The position numbers were made by a program, and so were the translations under genes. The notes below the pieces were generated by a model. The model was not told the DNA's origin and ran no database searches. It saw nothing but the letters and a program-made list of their open reading frames with translations. From contig NC_045704.1 of assembly GCF_009834535.1 (NCBI RefSeq), positions 51,646,001-51,710,000 on the forward strand: 64,000 nt of DNA, written 5' to 3'. Below are positions 38,723 to 51,350 of the stretch, piece by piece. The stretch is from Camelus ferus (lineage: Eukaryota). The first letter of the stretch is position 1. Every line of letters starts with the position of its first letter.

Positions 38723-41700
38723 CCCTATATACAAGATAAAAATAAACAGATAAAAGATGTTCTCTACCAAATCTTCCTAAAGACAGTGTCGACTGTCTTT
38801 GGGGATTTAAAAAAAAAAAAAAACTTCCATATTTATACCTTCAGCAGTTGAAAACTGCCTGTCCTGATCTCCACTTTTCCCCTCCGTTGTCCCCCTCCTC
38901 CCTTGGCCACGTGCCCCTGAAGCATCTCATTGCTGAAATGCTCGGCACATGCATATTAATGGGGAGTGTCATGTGTAGTTCAAGAGTTTCGCAGTGACAA
39001 ACAAGATAAAGAAAAAGAGAAACTGACTGATTCTTGGAGCAGACCAGGTGAGAACACAGAATGTTCTTTGCTGCCTTGGATGGCGGGTCACATGGAACAG
39101 CCCACACAGTGGGAGGTGAATTTCCTCTCCTTACAACTGAGTCAACTGAATAGTTGAGCTAGCAATTGACAGCTTTGATCTGGGGGGAAAAAAAGTTTCT
39201 CAACCTGTGTCTGAATTCCAGCGTGGGAGGTCGTATTGTCATATGAAAAGCGTAAGGAGGGCTCAAGGATCCAGTGTGCGAGATTTTGCGATAACATTCG
39301 TTTACCTTTCCTTATCCAAGCACCTCTCTGAATCGATGAAGATGAAAAGGTCAACTGACTGTTCTTTGGAAGAAAACAATCTCACCGCAGCATTTCCTCC
39401 CTGTGTTTTCTCGGTCCACCCCAAGCTCACTCTTTCCCATTCTTGGACCACATGAATGGTCTGTGGTTTCCAGGAGCTGTTTAAAAGCGAAAACCACTTT
39501 TGGAAGAGATAAACCTAATTCTCCCTCATAAGCGATCTCAGAAATGGTCAAGTTAGCGATAGAAAATTCCATTTTTCACCGCATTTAGGGTAATGAGTAA
39601 ACTTTCATTCTCTTTGGGAGGTGTCTTCAAACAGATTTTCTTCAGACCAGCTAAGAGCAAGTCAGTGTGACCTAGAAATCATGGAACTGGAGAGACCACA
39701 GGGATCGTCAAGTCCAAGTTCCCATTTCATCTAGTCTGTCCCCCCATGTGTCCACACACACTTGAGTGCACGCCTCTCATTTTCCGTACGTTTGCAAGAC
39801 TGCAGTGCACCAACGTGGTCTTATCCCAGTGGTTCAGTGGTTGGAACTGGCGTTTTCACCCTATTGGTTTAAGCGTATAACTATACTTTCATTGGTAAAT
39901 TATTTGATTAATATTTGTTGCCTTTAGGGGAATGCAAACTCCAAGATGACAGGGACTATTTATAACTTGTTGATCTTTATCTTTCCAGCATCTCTCACAG
40001 TATCTAATCTATTAGAAGCACTCATGAGGTAGTCCTATCATGATGAAATAAATGCCAATGAAGTGACAGAGAGGCTGAGATTAAAAAGATGACTGGCAGT
40101 CAACCAGGAGAAAAGACAGGGGAAAGGATGGCAGGCCATGGAAACTGTGTGTGCAAAGGTCCTGTGGTGAGAGAAGGGTAGCCCTTAGGAAGGACACAGC
40201 ATTTTACCATACTGTCAAAGCTAGGGTTCTGGTATATAAGAAACAAGGCTGAGGAAGTTGGTAGTATCTGCATCACAGAGGCCCTTTTAAGCTGCTCATT
40301 CTTTGTCTCAGACTTACTTGGGTCTCTGAGGCTGAATCCTGAATCTCAGTGCTTGGACAGGAGCATCTATCCTACATTCCCATTTAATGGGTAACCAGAA
40401 TTTTGACCAGGCTCAGTCCAAATTCCAGGGCAGTTAGAGTTAAAAACTGCCGTTCAATGAGCACTGAGACAGTGTACTAAGCCTTTTACGAGATACATCT
40501 TCTCTAATCGTCTGTCTACTATGCCCAGGTTTTCTGGAATAGAATCATACTTTGAATTGCCAGTCTGTGGAGATGAAGATTTCAAGGATGTCCAAACAGC
40601 TCCCTTGTAACTACTGGCCCTTGACTTCCCACTGTCTATGCTCTGTCTGAGGGGACCCCAGCAGCCCTGAAACTGGGGCTGAGCTGGCTGAAGTCTGTTC
40701 ACCCATATAAACCTGAGACAAAGCTGTCCAGAGTGGATCAATGAAGGCTGCCAGAAAGATGTCAAAGACCCACAGTTTTCTGTAAGATTTCCATGTCAGC
40801 AACTAGGGTGCTTAGCTGGATGGACACGATGACTCATAGCAGAGTGGCCGTGAAGTCAGGGCCACCCGAATAACTTACAAGCTGTGTAACCTTGGACAAG
40901 TTCCTTTCCCTCTCTGAATCCCCATTTTCTGGTATAAAAAAGAAACCAAAAAATGTCCTTTAAAAATGGTTGAAGGGTTTCACAAAGCACTTCAGCACGG
41001 ACTTGTCCGGCACACAGCGAGAGGAAAGGACATACAGGGGCTGTTACGGCTGAAATATCAGCCACAGAGAAGAGAGGCAGAGGCTCTTACATTCTAAAAA
41101 GGGAAGGGAAAAATCAATTGAAAACAAGTGCGTGCAAATCTCCATTTACTGCTGTTGCTGGGAGACCGACTGTCTTGTTCATCTTACATTCTGGGATCTG
41201 CGGGTAAACTGCAGAATCCTTTTCACTGAAAATTCGCTCCATCTTCCACAAATGTTTATTGAGTCCGTGCTATTTGCCAGGCATGAGGGAGAAACGAGGG
41301 TAAACGAGGTGCTGATCTCTCATTCAGTTGGAGGAGGGAGGATACCAGTTTTCTGTAAATGGGAGGGAGAGCTCTTTTCTGCTTAAATACAGAATCCTGA
41401 GCATTATGTACTCTAGAAAATCACTGAGGATCTTGCAAGGGCTTCTCACTGTGTGAGTGAATTAATAGAGCTAAAAGAGCGGGTGGGAGTCCTGAGAATG
41501 GATGTGCCCTGAACTTGTGTTTACCACTGACCATTATTCATAAATAATATAAATTATGATAAATCACATATACTACTCATGTATTATGTTAATTATTTGT
41601 GCACATATATATGCACATATAATAACCATAATATTTTATTATTATACTAATTATATATTATAAATGGAATATTATGTACTAGACATTATTAATTCTAGAC

Positions 41701-41767
41701 GTATATCTAATACTAATTATACACATATACCTATAATGCTAATTATAGATTGTTCTAATTATATATA

Positions 41768-42091
41768 CAGTCATCCCTCAGTATTCACAGGGGATTGGGT
41801 CCAGGACTGCCTCCCTCCCCCAACAGTTACCAAAATCCAAGGATGTTCAAGTCTCGTATAAAATGGTCTCATGTTTGCATATAAGCTATGCATATCCTCC
41901 CGTACACCTTAAATCATCTCAAGATTACTTGTAATAACTAATACAATGTAAATTCTATGTAAATAGTTGCCAACCTGCAGCAAATTCTAGTTTTGCTTTA
42001 TGGAACTTTCTGGAATGTTTTCCTGAATGTTTTAGAATGGCAGTTGGCTGAATCCATGGATGCAGAATCCACGGATATGGAGGGCCAACTG
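41768..42091. mobile_element. MER2/MER2B Tigger-family (Tc1/mariner) MITE within an AT-rich low-complexity tract
   Basis: TIRs cagtcatccctcagtattcacagg / ccacggatatggagggccaactg, with TA on both sides (41766-41767 and 42092-42093). Confidence 0.9.
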
Positions 42092-42379
42092 TAATTATAT
42101 TCTATACTATATTTATGTATTACATACTACATACATTGCTCATATACTACATATATTATGTAAGAACATACATGTATAAGCTATTTATATCACTTCATTT
42201 TACTACCACATGTATCTTTCTTTTTAAAGTGAAAATGATAAAGTTCTGCTTGGGGCAGAGACTAGATATGCTAATTAAATCTATGTTTTATTCCCACTCT
42301 GCAAAGCTCAAGAACAGAAATCTGCAAAATGATGGGGGTGGGGTGCTTCCCCATGACATCAGCCCCCTCTAGTTCCTCA

Positions 42380-42800
42380 TGCATCCATTCAACAAACACT
42401 TGTGCTGTGCCAGGCTCTGCCCTGGGCACTGGGGGATGGAGCCAAAAGAGGAGCCATCCCTGACCCCATAAAGCTCACACATGGGTCAAGGAGCAGCCAC
42501 AGAAGGCCATGGTGACCACTATCCTGGAGGAAGGTCAACAGTGGCCCAAAAATAGGCAAGTGACTCTGCCTGGGCCACTGGGAAGGATTTCTAGATCAAG
42601 GGTTGGAGGTGCCTCAGGGGGAGTGGATGGGATCTGAAGAAGAGAGTGGAAGGCCAGGCATGAGAGGTAGGGGAAAGCATGTGGGAAAATCAGCACAGAT
42701 GTGAAATAGCATGATACGTTCAGGGGAGTGGAGAACGGATATGCTCCCACTGCTGATATAATGATAAAAATACCAAGAAAAATAGTGATAGGAATCACAG
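42380..42800 (-). mobile_element. L2 LINE 3' fragment
   Basis: catccattcaacaaacac...tgtgccaggctctgccctgggcactgggg...aagctcaca. Confidence 0.65.
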
Positions 42801-43079
42801 TAGTCACGAGAGCAAATATTCACTGACCATTCACTACTCTAAGCCCTTGGACGTGTTAATGTCATATAATCCCACAGCAATCTTCGAGTTTATGTAGTAT
42901 TATACACAAGGCATATTAAGACACGTGACCAGAGGAATTGATTTGTTACTCAAGGTTGCTCAGCTGCTAAGTAGACCAAGTTCTGCCACATTGCACCCTA
43001 GTGGCCGTGGACCAGGCATCTAACCGCCGTAAACCTCAGCTCCTTCGTGGGGAAAAGAAGGCTCATTCTGAGAACACCA

Positions 43080-44110
43080 TGGGATGAGGGTCACAGCAAG
43101 TATCAGTGAAGACTTTTCTGTTGTGTAGTTGTGGGGGGCTGTTGGGAAAGTGAAGGGAACTCACATTAGTGAGGTAGACTGGGTCAAATCCCAGAGGGCT
43201 GGCCTTGTGTGATAAAGGACTTATGTTTCATTCTGAAGGCCACCATAGGCCTTGGGAAGCTTTGAAACATGCAGTCAAATGCTCATTGTTGTGTTGGAGA
43301 AAAATCACTCTGCCCACAGTGTGATGTACACATGGAAACAGCCAGGCTGGTTAGAAGAATGCTGTCATAACCCAGGGGAAGAAGTGACAGTCATAAGAGA
43401 TGCTGAATGGAAACAGCATACTTGCTGACCAATCGGATGGGAGGGAGAGGGGTCCAGGCTGACCCCCAGATTCTTGGCTTTAGTGATGGGTGAACAGTGC
43501 GATTCCATACACTGAGGTAGGAAACGTAGTCAGAGGAGTGATATGGATTGAATTGTGTTCCCCGACCCTTGTCCAATTCCTGTGTTGAAGTCCTTCACCC
43601 CTGGATCTCAGAATGTACCCTTATCTGGAGGCAGGGTCTTCACAGAAGTCATCAAGTTAAAATGAGGTCATGAGGGTGAGCCCTAATCCAGTATGACTGC
43701 TGTCCTTCTAAGAAGGGGACATTTGGGCAGAGATTGGCATAGAGGGAAGGCCAGGGAGAAGACCACTGTCTAAAAGCCAAGGAGAGAAGCCTGCATCAGA
43801 TCCCGCCCTCACAGACATCAGGGGGAGCCCACCCTGCCGTGCCCCGGATTTCAGACCTCTAGCTTCCAGAACTGTGAAACAATAAATTTCTGTTGGGTGA
43901 GCCACCCAGTCCATGGTCCATTTGTTACAACAGCTTTAGTAAATGAATGTAAGGAGTGACTCGTTTGGAGATAGCCATGAGTTATGTTTTGGATCAGTTG
44001 AATTTGATGGGTTGTTTCTAGATAGCCAGGTAAAGACAGACACCAAAATGGCAGTTTGATACACAAGTCTGGAACTTGGTGGGACTAGAGATAAGAGATT
44101 AAGATGTATC
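43080..44110 (-). mobile_element. L2 LINE fragment interrupted by MLT1B
   Basis: An antisense L2 body breaks at 43538 and resumes at 43952 (gagttatgttttggatcagttgaatttga). Confidence 0.6.
43539..43951 (+). mobile_element. MaLR solo LTR, MLT1B-like, with 5-bp TSD
   Basis: tgatatggattgaattgtg...aagttaaaatgaggtca...cctaatccagtatgactg...ccagaactgtgaaacaataaatttctgttg. The TSD aggag lies at 43534-43538 and 43952-43956. Confidence 0.92.
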
Positions 44111-45277
44111 AATCATTTCTAACACTCCAGCATTTATAGCACAGTGTGACTAGCTAGCACATAGTAGGAATACGAAAAAGAGTTGAGTGGATAAATGTCA
44201 CATTTGCTTAAGGATCGAGGGAGAAAGGGACTATTGGAAATAGTCCTAAGCTCCCGCCCCAGCACAGGCAAGGCTAGCTCAAGCCCTGTTGAATTTCAGA
44301 GGATCGTGGCACACTGGCTACTGATATTTACACTCACCAGGAAGGATAGTTCCTTTTTGATTCTCTAAAATCAGGAGCTAAAAAAATTAACCAAATACTC
44401 AAGCAATTCTTAGAATAGAAAACCACAGCCTGTCTGAAGTCTCAGGTTCACGCCCATGTTCTGAAATGTTGACCTCCAAGTGAGCATGTCAGTGATGTGT
44501 CTATTTTAGGCAGCAACTTAAATGTCTGCTTGGCTTGAAATGTCAAAATAAGCAGACAGCATGGCAGAACAGAACATGGCAGCAGCTGAAAGTCCTTGCT
44601 TCGAATCTCAGGTCTGCCTCTTAAGAACTGGGTCACCTTAACCTTTCAGAGTTCCCTCTTCCAGATTCATCTACAAAACAATGGTCAGGAGTGGGTAACT
44701 GGATGATCTTCCATCAACTCTGACATTCTCTGATTCTCTCAATGTTGTCTTTAATTGCAAATGTCGGGAAGAATCACATTTCCACAAATGACCTGCCAAC
44801 CTGATTTAGTCCACCCACAGAAAGACACATAAATAAAGTGAGAGGCAATAATTAATATCACAGATGCCTTGGGTAGAAAAATTTCCCTCCCTAATAATTT
44901 CTGCCTCCTGAAGGTGGTAGAGAGAACACTGGAAAGAGACAGTGCTTGGTTTTAGAATGCAGCTGAATTACCAGCAAAGTGGGTTTTCCTGGAAGGTTTC
45001 TGAATATACATGGTCACGGTATTTTGTCCAAGGACTTAAGTTTCCGACTATATTGAAAAAGAACATGGGAAAATTCCCCATTCATAATTATGCTTGTGAT
45101 TTCTCTTAGATCATTTAATATTTCAACCTCATGCACTGGCTTTTTCTTTATATGCCTGCTCATCTCAGCTCTGGATATAACAAGCCAGTAAGGGGTACAG
45201 ATGATTAAGAGTATTAACTGTCGTGTTTTGTGCCAGATGCTGGGCCTGTGTTACATCATGCCTCATTTAACATACCC

Positions 45278-45691
45278 TGTAGTGGATGTTGTCAGTCACA
45301 CCTTACCTTGTCTGCACACAACTCAATATGATTACTTAGGGCTTCTGATTAGCTGTGGGAGCACACCTGGCCCCTAAGGACCAGCCAGGTGTGCACAAGA
45401 CTTACTGCTGCAGAAACAACCCTCAACCCGTACCAGATGGAAACTGGGTGGATAAATACTCCAGCTCCCTCACCACTCAGGATGACTCTGAGGTGTATTC
45501 TACACTTGTTTGTGGAGTTCCTTGGGGGGTTTGAGTCCTAGTCACCATGGTGGATACTGACTTGAGAATACACCCTTTGTTGGCTGCCTTCTGTTTCTGT
45601 CTTGATACCCCTGTAGTCCCCATGATCATATAGAGGACTTAACTCTCAAATCCCTGCCTCAGGGCCTGCTTCTGGGGAATCCAAACTGACA
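45278..45691 (+). mobile_element. ERVL solo LTR, LTR16A-like, nested in an antisense MIR
   Basis: Starts tgtagtggatg and contains ggataaatactccagctccctc and ctgaggtgtattctaca. Ends ctgcttctggggaatccaaactgaca. MIR sequence lies on both flanks. Confidence 0.82.
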
Positions 45692-45821
45692 TCCTCCAAG
45701 ATCCCTAGGGAGTAAGTACTATTAGTGCTAATTTATAAATGAGGAACTGAGGCTCTTTGTGGTTAAATAACAGTTGTTATGTCTTCACGCTGGGGTTTTG
45801 CTGGATCGCTTTCCTCTACAC

Positions 45822-46035
45822 CAATGGTTCTCAACCTACAGGGATTGTGTTCCCCAGGGGACATTTTGAAATGTCTGGAGGTATTTTCGGTGATCACAGC
45901 TGCGGGTATGCTGCCGGTACGTAGTAGGTGGAGGCCAGCAGTGCTGCTAAACATCTTTCAACACACAGTTCAGCGCCCTGCAACGAACCTAATCCAGCCA
46001 CGAAAGGTCAATAGTGACAAGGCTGAGAGCTCCTG
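45822..46035 (+). mobile_element. Full-length MER20 hAT-Charlie MITE with perfect 8-bp TSD
   Basis: caatggttctcaacc...ccccaggggacattttgaaatgtctggagg...gctgctaaacatc...gtcaatagtgacaaggctgagagctcctg. The TSD ctctacac lies at 45814-45821 and 46036-46043. Confidence 0.92.
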
Positions 46036-46108
46036 CTCTACACCCAGCCAGACTGGTTGTCGGATGGTTGCTCTCCTGTGTGACTTGTCTATTATATTTC
46101 ACTTCCAG

Positions 46109-46251
46109 GGCCAGGCTGTGGCTCAGCTGTGTTCCACCATTCCCAATGTGACTGTCTTTGGGACGGCTTCTACCTTCAAACATGAAGCCATCAAAGACTC
46201 CGTGACCCACCTCTTTGACAGAAATGCAGACTATGTGCAGGAAGTGAAAAG
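46109..46251 (+). CDS. VAT1L: VAT1L coding exon (exon 4 equivalent, 143 bp)
   Basis: Acceptor tttcacttccag ends 46108 and donor AG|gtaagg starts 46252. Encodes GQAVAQLCSTIPNVTVFGTASTFKHEAIKDSVTHLFDRNADYVQEVK(R) and completes the AGGGVG motif with the previous exon. Confidence 0.97.
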
Positions 46252-46334
46252 GTAAGGTGTTCGCTCTAAGGAGCCTCTGTCCCACTAATCCTTCCTCTTC
46301 TCTAGGAGAACAGGAGCATCCTTCTAGAGGAGGG

Positions 46335-46500
46335 TTAATAAGAGTCATAGTAGCAAACATGTGCTGGAGGCTTAGGATTACTAGCTCTGGGCTGACTACT
46401 TCACCTGTGTTCACTCATCTAATCCTCTCAACAACCTTACTGTTATCCCCATCCTGGAGAGGATAAACCTGAGGAACAGAGCAGTTAAGTAACTTGCAGA
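46335..46500 (-). mobile_element. MIR SINE
   Basis: ctcatctaatcctctcaacaacc...gttatccccatcctggagaggataaacctgagg...gttaagtaacttgc. Confidence 0.75.
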
Positions 46501-49500
46501 GCTAAATTGTGAGAACTGCTGTAACACTCCCCTAACACAAAGATGCTGATTTCTCACTCATTCACCTAACAGCCCAGGGAAATGTGGACTCCAAACTGGG
46601 TGTGACCAAGAGCCACCAAAGGACCAAAGTGGTGACACAATGACATGATCAGCTCTGGGCTGTGAACAGTCACTGGTGGTGTGGAGAGAATGAATGGGAG
46701 GTGTGAGGCTGGAGACAAGGACAGCAGTCTGCTGGCACTGGAGTCACCTGGGGAGATAGTGGCTTATAACCTGATCCGTATTCCACCTGGGATGCTAAAG
46801 CCATTGATCGTGGCCATATATATGTGTACGTCAACCCAGGACAACAGATGGAACACCCAGCTGCCACCACACTTTCAGATGACTTGTGTGTCTCACCCCA
46901 CTGCTGATTCTCAGAGTTCAAGGCTGATTTCCAGGCTCTGCTGCACTCAGCCCCTGGGAGGATTCAGGGATGTCCCAGAGCCATTACTTCTGTATTTTCA
47001 TTCTCCAACACAAAACTGTAAGGTACAAAGGAATCCAGCTAGCATCTTAAGAAGGAAATAATTTTTTTCAAATTGCAGATTAAGATTAAAAAATCAAAGG
47101 GCTGAAGGATGGGAGATCTGGTTGTTTGAGTTGATAAATTTAGACCAGATTAGGTGAAACGTGGGAAGTCTCTTGGAAAGGAGTGTCTTGTGATGGTCTG
47201 AATTTGCAGATGTTTTTAAATTTTGAATGTGGACATTTGCATATAATTTAAGGTTGCCCCAGTATTTCCTGTGGGATGTGAACAGAGAGTTTTAAAGCTA
47301 GATATAAGAAAATCACCACCTGTTTCTCAGCTGTCCAGAGACTGCAGGCACATTAAAGACTTCCAGACTGCCTACTTTTATAACCCTCAGGTATTCTTCC
47401 TTCTTTTAACTCTCATCTCTCAAGCTTCAGTCTGAAAAATGAACCACCACTGTCCCTTTGGCAATCTTTGCTTTATCCTTTTAAGTGATATTTTTGCAAG
47501 CATCCTTTCTTCTATCCCTGATCTGACCCACTTCATAAATACTGAGTGTCTGTGATGGGCCAGGTATTCTGTGAGAGCAGGAGCTCCAGCAAAAACCACC
47601 TTGAGAGTCACTGTCTTCATTGAGCTTGGAGTCTTGTTGGGGAAGAAGGGATAGAAAAATATTTTTAAAATTCCCTGACTTACACTTTTGATATCTGCTC
47701 TGGTGGAGAAACACAAAATGCTAGTGAACACAGGAGATGGAGAAATCAGGCGTCATCCATCAAAGAGTGAGATTTGGGCTGAGAACTGAGGGATGAGAAT
47801 TTGGCCAAAGGAAGAGCATTTTTGGCCAAAGGAAGAAAATTTCAGACCAAGGAGAATGGCAGGTGCTAAGGTCTGGGGTCAGGAAAGACTTGGTCAATTC
47901 AAGAATCTGAAAGGAGACCAGTGTAGCTGGAGGATGTGGTCTCAAGCTGTGGGAAGTAGTGGGACCAGAAGGTGGCAGCTCTTTTGAAAAACTGACCTTC
48001 CATAACCAGGGAGCCTCTTTCCCCATTTCCCGCGTGGCTGCACTGTCCCTTGTCCTGATTGTCCTTGACCCGCTGCCTTTAGCCCCAGAATCAGTGACAT
48101 CTGCTGATGTCAGAAGAGCAGATGATCACAGCATCTGAGACCCACCTCCCCATCACCTTCTTGCAAGTATGACCTCCACTGGTCCCTTCTGTTTCTAAAT
48201 ACAGATCCTGGGATTCGCCTGAAAATGACAGGAAGCTGCAAGTATGTTTATACTCTGTCCCACTAATCCTACCCTCAGGAAAGCATCCAAGAGATGATAA
48301 AAGCAACAGGTCCACATTGCCTGTTGTAGAGCCAAGCACTGCTTCTGCTTCATTGTCGGCGCTCAGCATATGCCGCCAGGGTGAATTACAACATTGTCCG
48401 TAATAGCGAAAATTCAGAACCAGCCCCCTTTATCAACAGAAGGGAGACCGTTTGGTAGATTATGCTCCACCCACGCACTTGAGTATTATGCAGCCCCTAA
48501 AAAAAAATGATAATTACGAAGACTCTGGCGGAAAATGAAAAAATACCCATGGTAACATATTGAGTGAAAAAAGCAGAATGTCGAATTCCAGCCACATTGC
48601 GATCACAGCTTTGTATAAATTCTTGGCGCGTCAGGACATAAAATGAAAGGAACAAGGAAAAAACCCACCCACTAACAGGCAACAGGAGTGGAATGCAGAG
48701 TGATTTTTCTTTCCTTTTTTTGATCACAGTATTTTGAACACAGTATTTTGTGTCATGAACTAAAAAAAATAACAAATTTCTTGAGATGAAAATTCTCTTA
48801 AAAACCAGTCAGTAAGCTTCTTTTGAACATGCATGCAGCCAAGAGCCAGACGTTACAAAAGGAAGAGGGAAAAAATATTTATGATACAGCCCTAAACTTT
48901 ATGTCACCTACCCCATCTCTGCTTGGGAGGAGAGAGATGAGTATGCTTGATACCAAGAAGGGTCAGAAGCCTTGAATTGTGTGGATCTGACTGCAAGGGC
49001 TTTAAAAAATAAAGAGGGGAAGACCAGAGAAGGCGCCAAGGTGGACAGTCCCAAAGTGGGTGCTTGAAGAGTGGGAACGATTTCAGTCAACAGAGAAGAG
49101 TAGGGAGTGAGTCCTGGGCAAGGTGAGCAGGCACAGGGCAAGGTGGTAACAGCACCAGGCTTTGTTGGTCTCCTCTTGCTCTGATGAGCATTTTCACTAG
49201 ACTGTTGTGTGTACATCCGGCAAGACAAAAATGCCTCATCTTACAGATAAAAAAAAAAACCCAAACTGAGACCTAGTAGAAATTAATGAGGGTTCCATCA
49301 CCAGGACAGAACAGAGAGAAAGTGATCAAGAAAGGATCGGGAGGTGGCATTGCTAAGAGCATGTGGAGCCATCCATGGTCAGCTTTTACTAAGAAGGCCA
49401 CTGTACCCCAGGCTCCCTGAAATCACCTCTCCCTCCGACACGAGCTTGGAGGTGATGGTTAAAGCAGCGGTCCAGACAAGTTCTCAGAATGAGAAGTGCG

Positions 49501-50789
49501 CGGACAGCCAAGGATCCAACTGGCAATGAAAGTTCCAGTAAAGGGGAGATAAGTTCTCAACAAGGTCGAAGGGTTTCCCAGTAAGTAATGGCTCTGTTTG
49601 GACCTATCACCACTCAAAAGAAATTCTTCACCGATCCATGTGGGCAGGAAGCAAGGAGGCAGCATTCTCCATACGGGAACAAGGAACTGGGAGACTGAGG
49701 AAGGACAGACACTAAAATCTCCAGTCAGCAGTTCCTAAATATCTTGCTGCCCAGTTTGGCCCAAAGAATCTATCTCTGAGCTGGGGCTGTTTGTATTTGC
49801 TTTTTAAGTCTGCAGAGATATGACAGCAGGAGACAGCAAAATCAGACCTGTTGCCTTTAACCCTCTGCCCTCACCCTCTCTGCTTTCATGTAATGATGAT
49901 TATACACACGCAGGCAAGGCAGACACCCCCAGAAATTGGGGGGAGGCGCTATGGGCTCCCTAGCTTTGTGATTTTCACGATTATACTATTAAAAGATGCT
50001 GCAAAGGTGTTTTTCAATGTGAGCAGGACTGAGGGACGACCTTCCCCAAGGGTCCTTGTGGGGCCTGGAGCATTTTAAATAGACAAAGTTTTCAGTTCAG
50101 TCTAGTCCATTGATTGGGCTTATAATGACTGAATGGGAGGTGGGATGGAGAGCTTTTCAGTTTTACAACTTCTATCTGAAGGGACGTTGCTAGCCACAAA
50201 AGGGATAATGTTTGCTTAAAGGTTTCACTTCTACAGCTGAAGCGTCCTCACCCTGGCTGGACATTAAGGGCCAATGTTTGGACCTTGAACTTGGGGCCTC
50301 TCCTGTGATCTAGGATGGGAAAAACAGCTTGAAAACAGAAAGCTCTTGTCCTGTTTGGAAGAACCTGGCCTTCCTCTGGATACATGGATAGTTATTTTGA
50401 AAGACAAAATTTAAGCCTGAATTCTTTGAAGATGAAATTACACTGAGTGCTTTCCAGAGCTGCTTGCTCAACCAGGGTTTCCATCATTATACTGGTTAGG
50501 ACATTTATTAAGTCTTAAATTCAAAGTGGTTAAAAAGGCTTTGGCATTATGCCAGATTGAGGTTTGAAGTCTGGCTGTACTAGTTTCCTAAATCAGCTTG
50601 GGCAAGGAACTGCATCTGTGAGCCTCCACTTCTTTATCCAAAAAGTGGAGCTGTAACATCTGCCTTATGGGTTCCTGGTGAAGGTTAACTATTAAATGCC
50701 TGGAATATAGTAGAACTTAGAAAATGTGAGTTTCTTTTGAAGGAAGCACACATATAAGGATGTGGGATACCGGTCTCAGAATGCTTTCT

Positions 50790-51350
50790 TCATTCTCTTT
50801 CATTCATTCACTTATTCATTCCTTTAATCATTCATTCATACAACTGATCAATATCTGTTGAAGTCAATGCTATGTCATGCATGATGAGAAGAGCTGAGGG
50901 TACAAAAATAAGCAGCACAAACATGATCACATAATCCCTGTCTCATGGGACTTATCTTTGGGTAGAAGAGACAGTGACAAAGTAAATAGGTATGATAATT
51001 ATAGCCCATGATAGATACTAAAAAGAAATCCTGTTTCTCTTATATAGACACTAAAGCATAAAATGAGCTAAAATAGAGATAATTTAGGGATGGGGCTGCC
51101 ATTTTTCAGGTGACAAGGTTAGTTACAGCTTCTCTGAGGTGGTCCCACAGGAGTGAGACCTGAAGCTGAGGAGGAGCCAGCTCTACAGAGGCCTAAGGAA
51201 AAGCTGTTCAGGAAGCAATCACAGCAGGTGCAAAGGCCCTGAGGTACGACAGCTTTAGGAATAGCTAGAAGGTCAGACTGTCTGGAATGCTAAGTGGGAG
51301 GTGAGGATGGGGAAGTGGGCAGAGCTTACAGTCACCTGCTGCTGTGGACT
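50790..51350 (-). mobile_element. L2 LINE 3' fragment
   Basis: (TTCA)n-like tail, then caactgatcaatatctgttgaagtc...ttcaggaagcaatcacagcaggtgcaaaggccctgagg. Confidence 0.7.

Noticed and set aside
40991-41012. REST/NRSE-like ttcagcacggac
   Set aside because: It is only a partial half-site. I found no full NRSE despite the neuronal host gene.
47800-47841. 21-bp tandem duplication tttggccaaaggaagaRMatt
   Set aside because: It is a simple slippage duplication inside L2-like sequence, with only two units and no spacers, so it is not CRISPR-like.
47963-47978. CTCF-like ccagaaggtggcag, plus a similar near-match at about 42995-43008 on the minus strand
   Set aside because: Each has a mismatch in the core, and single near-matches are expected by chance.
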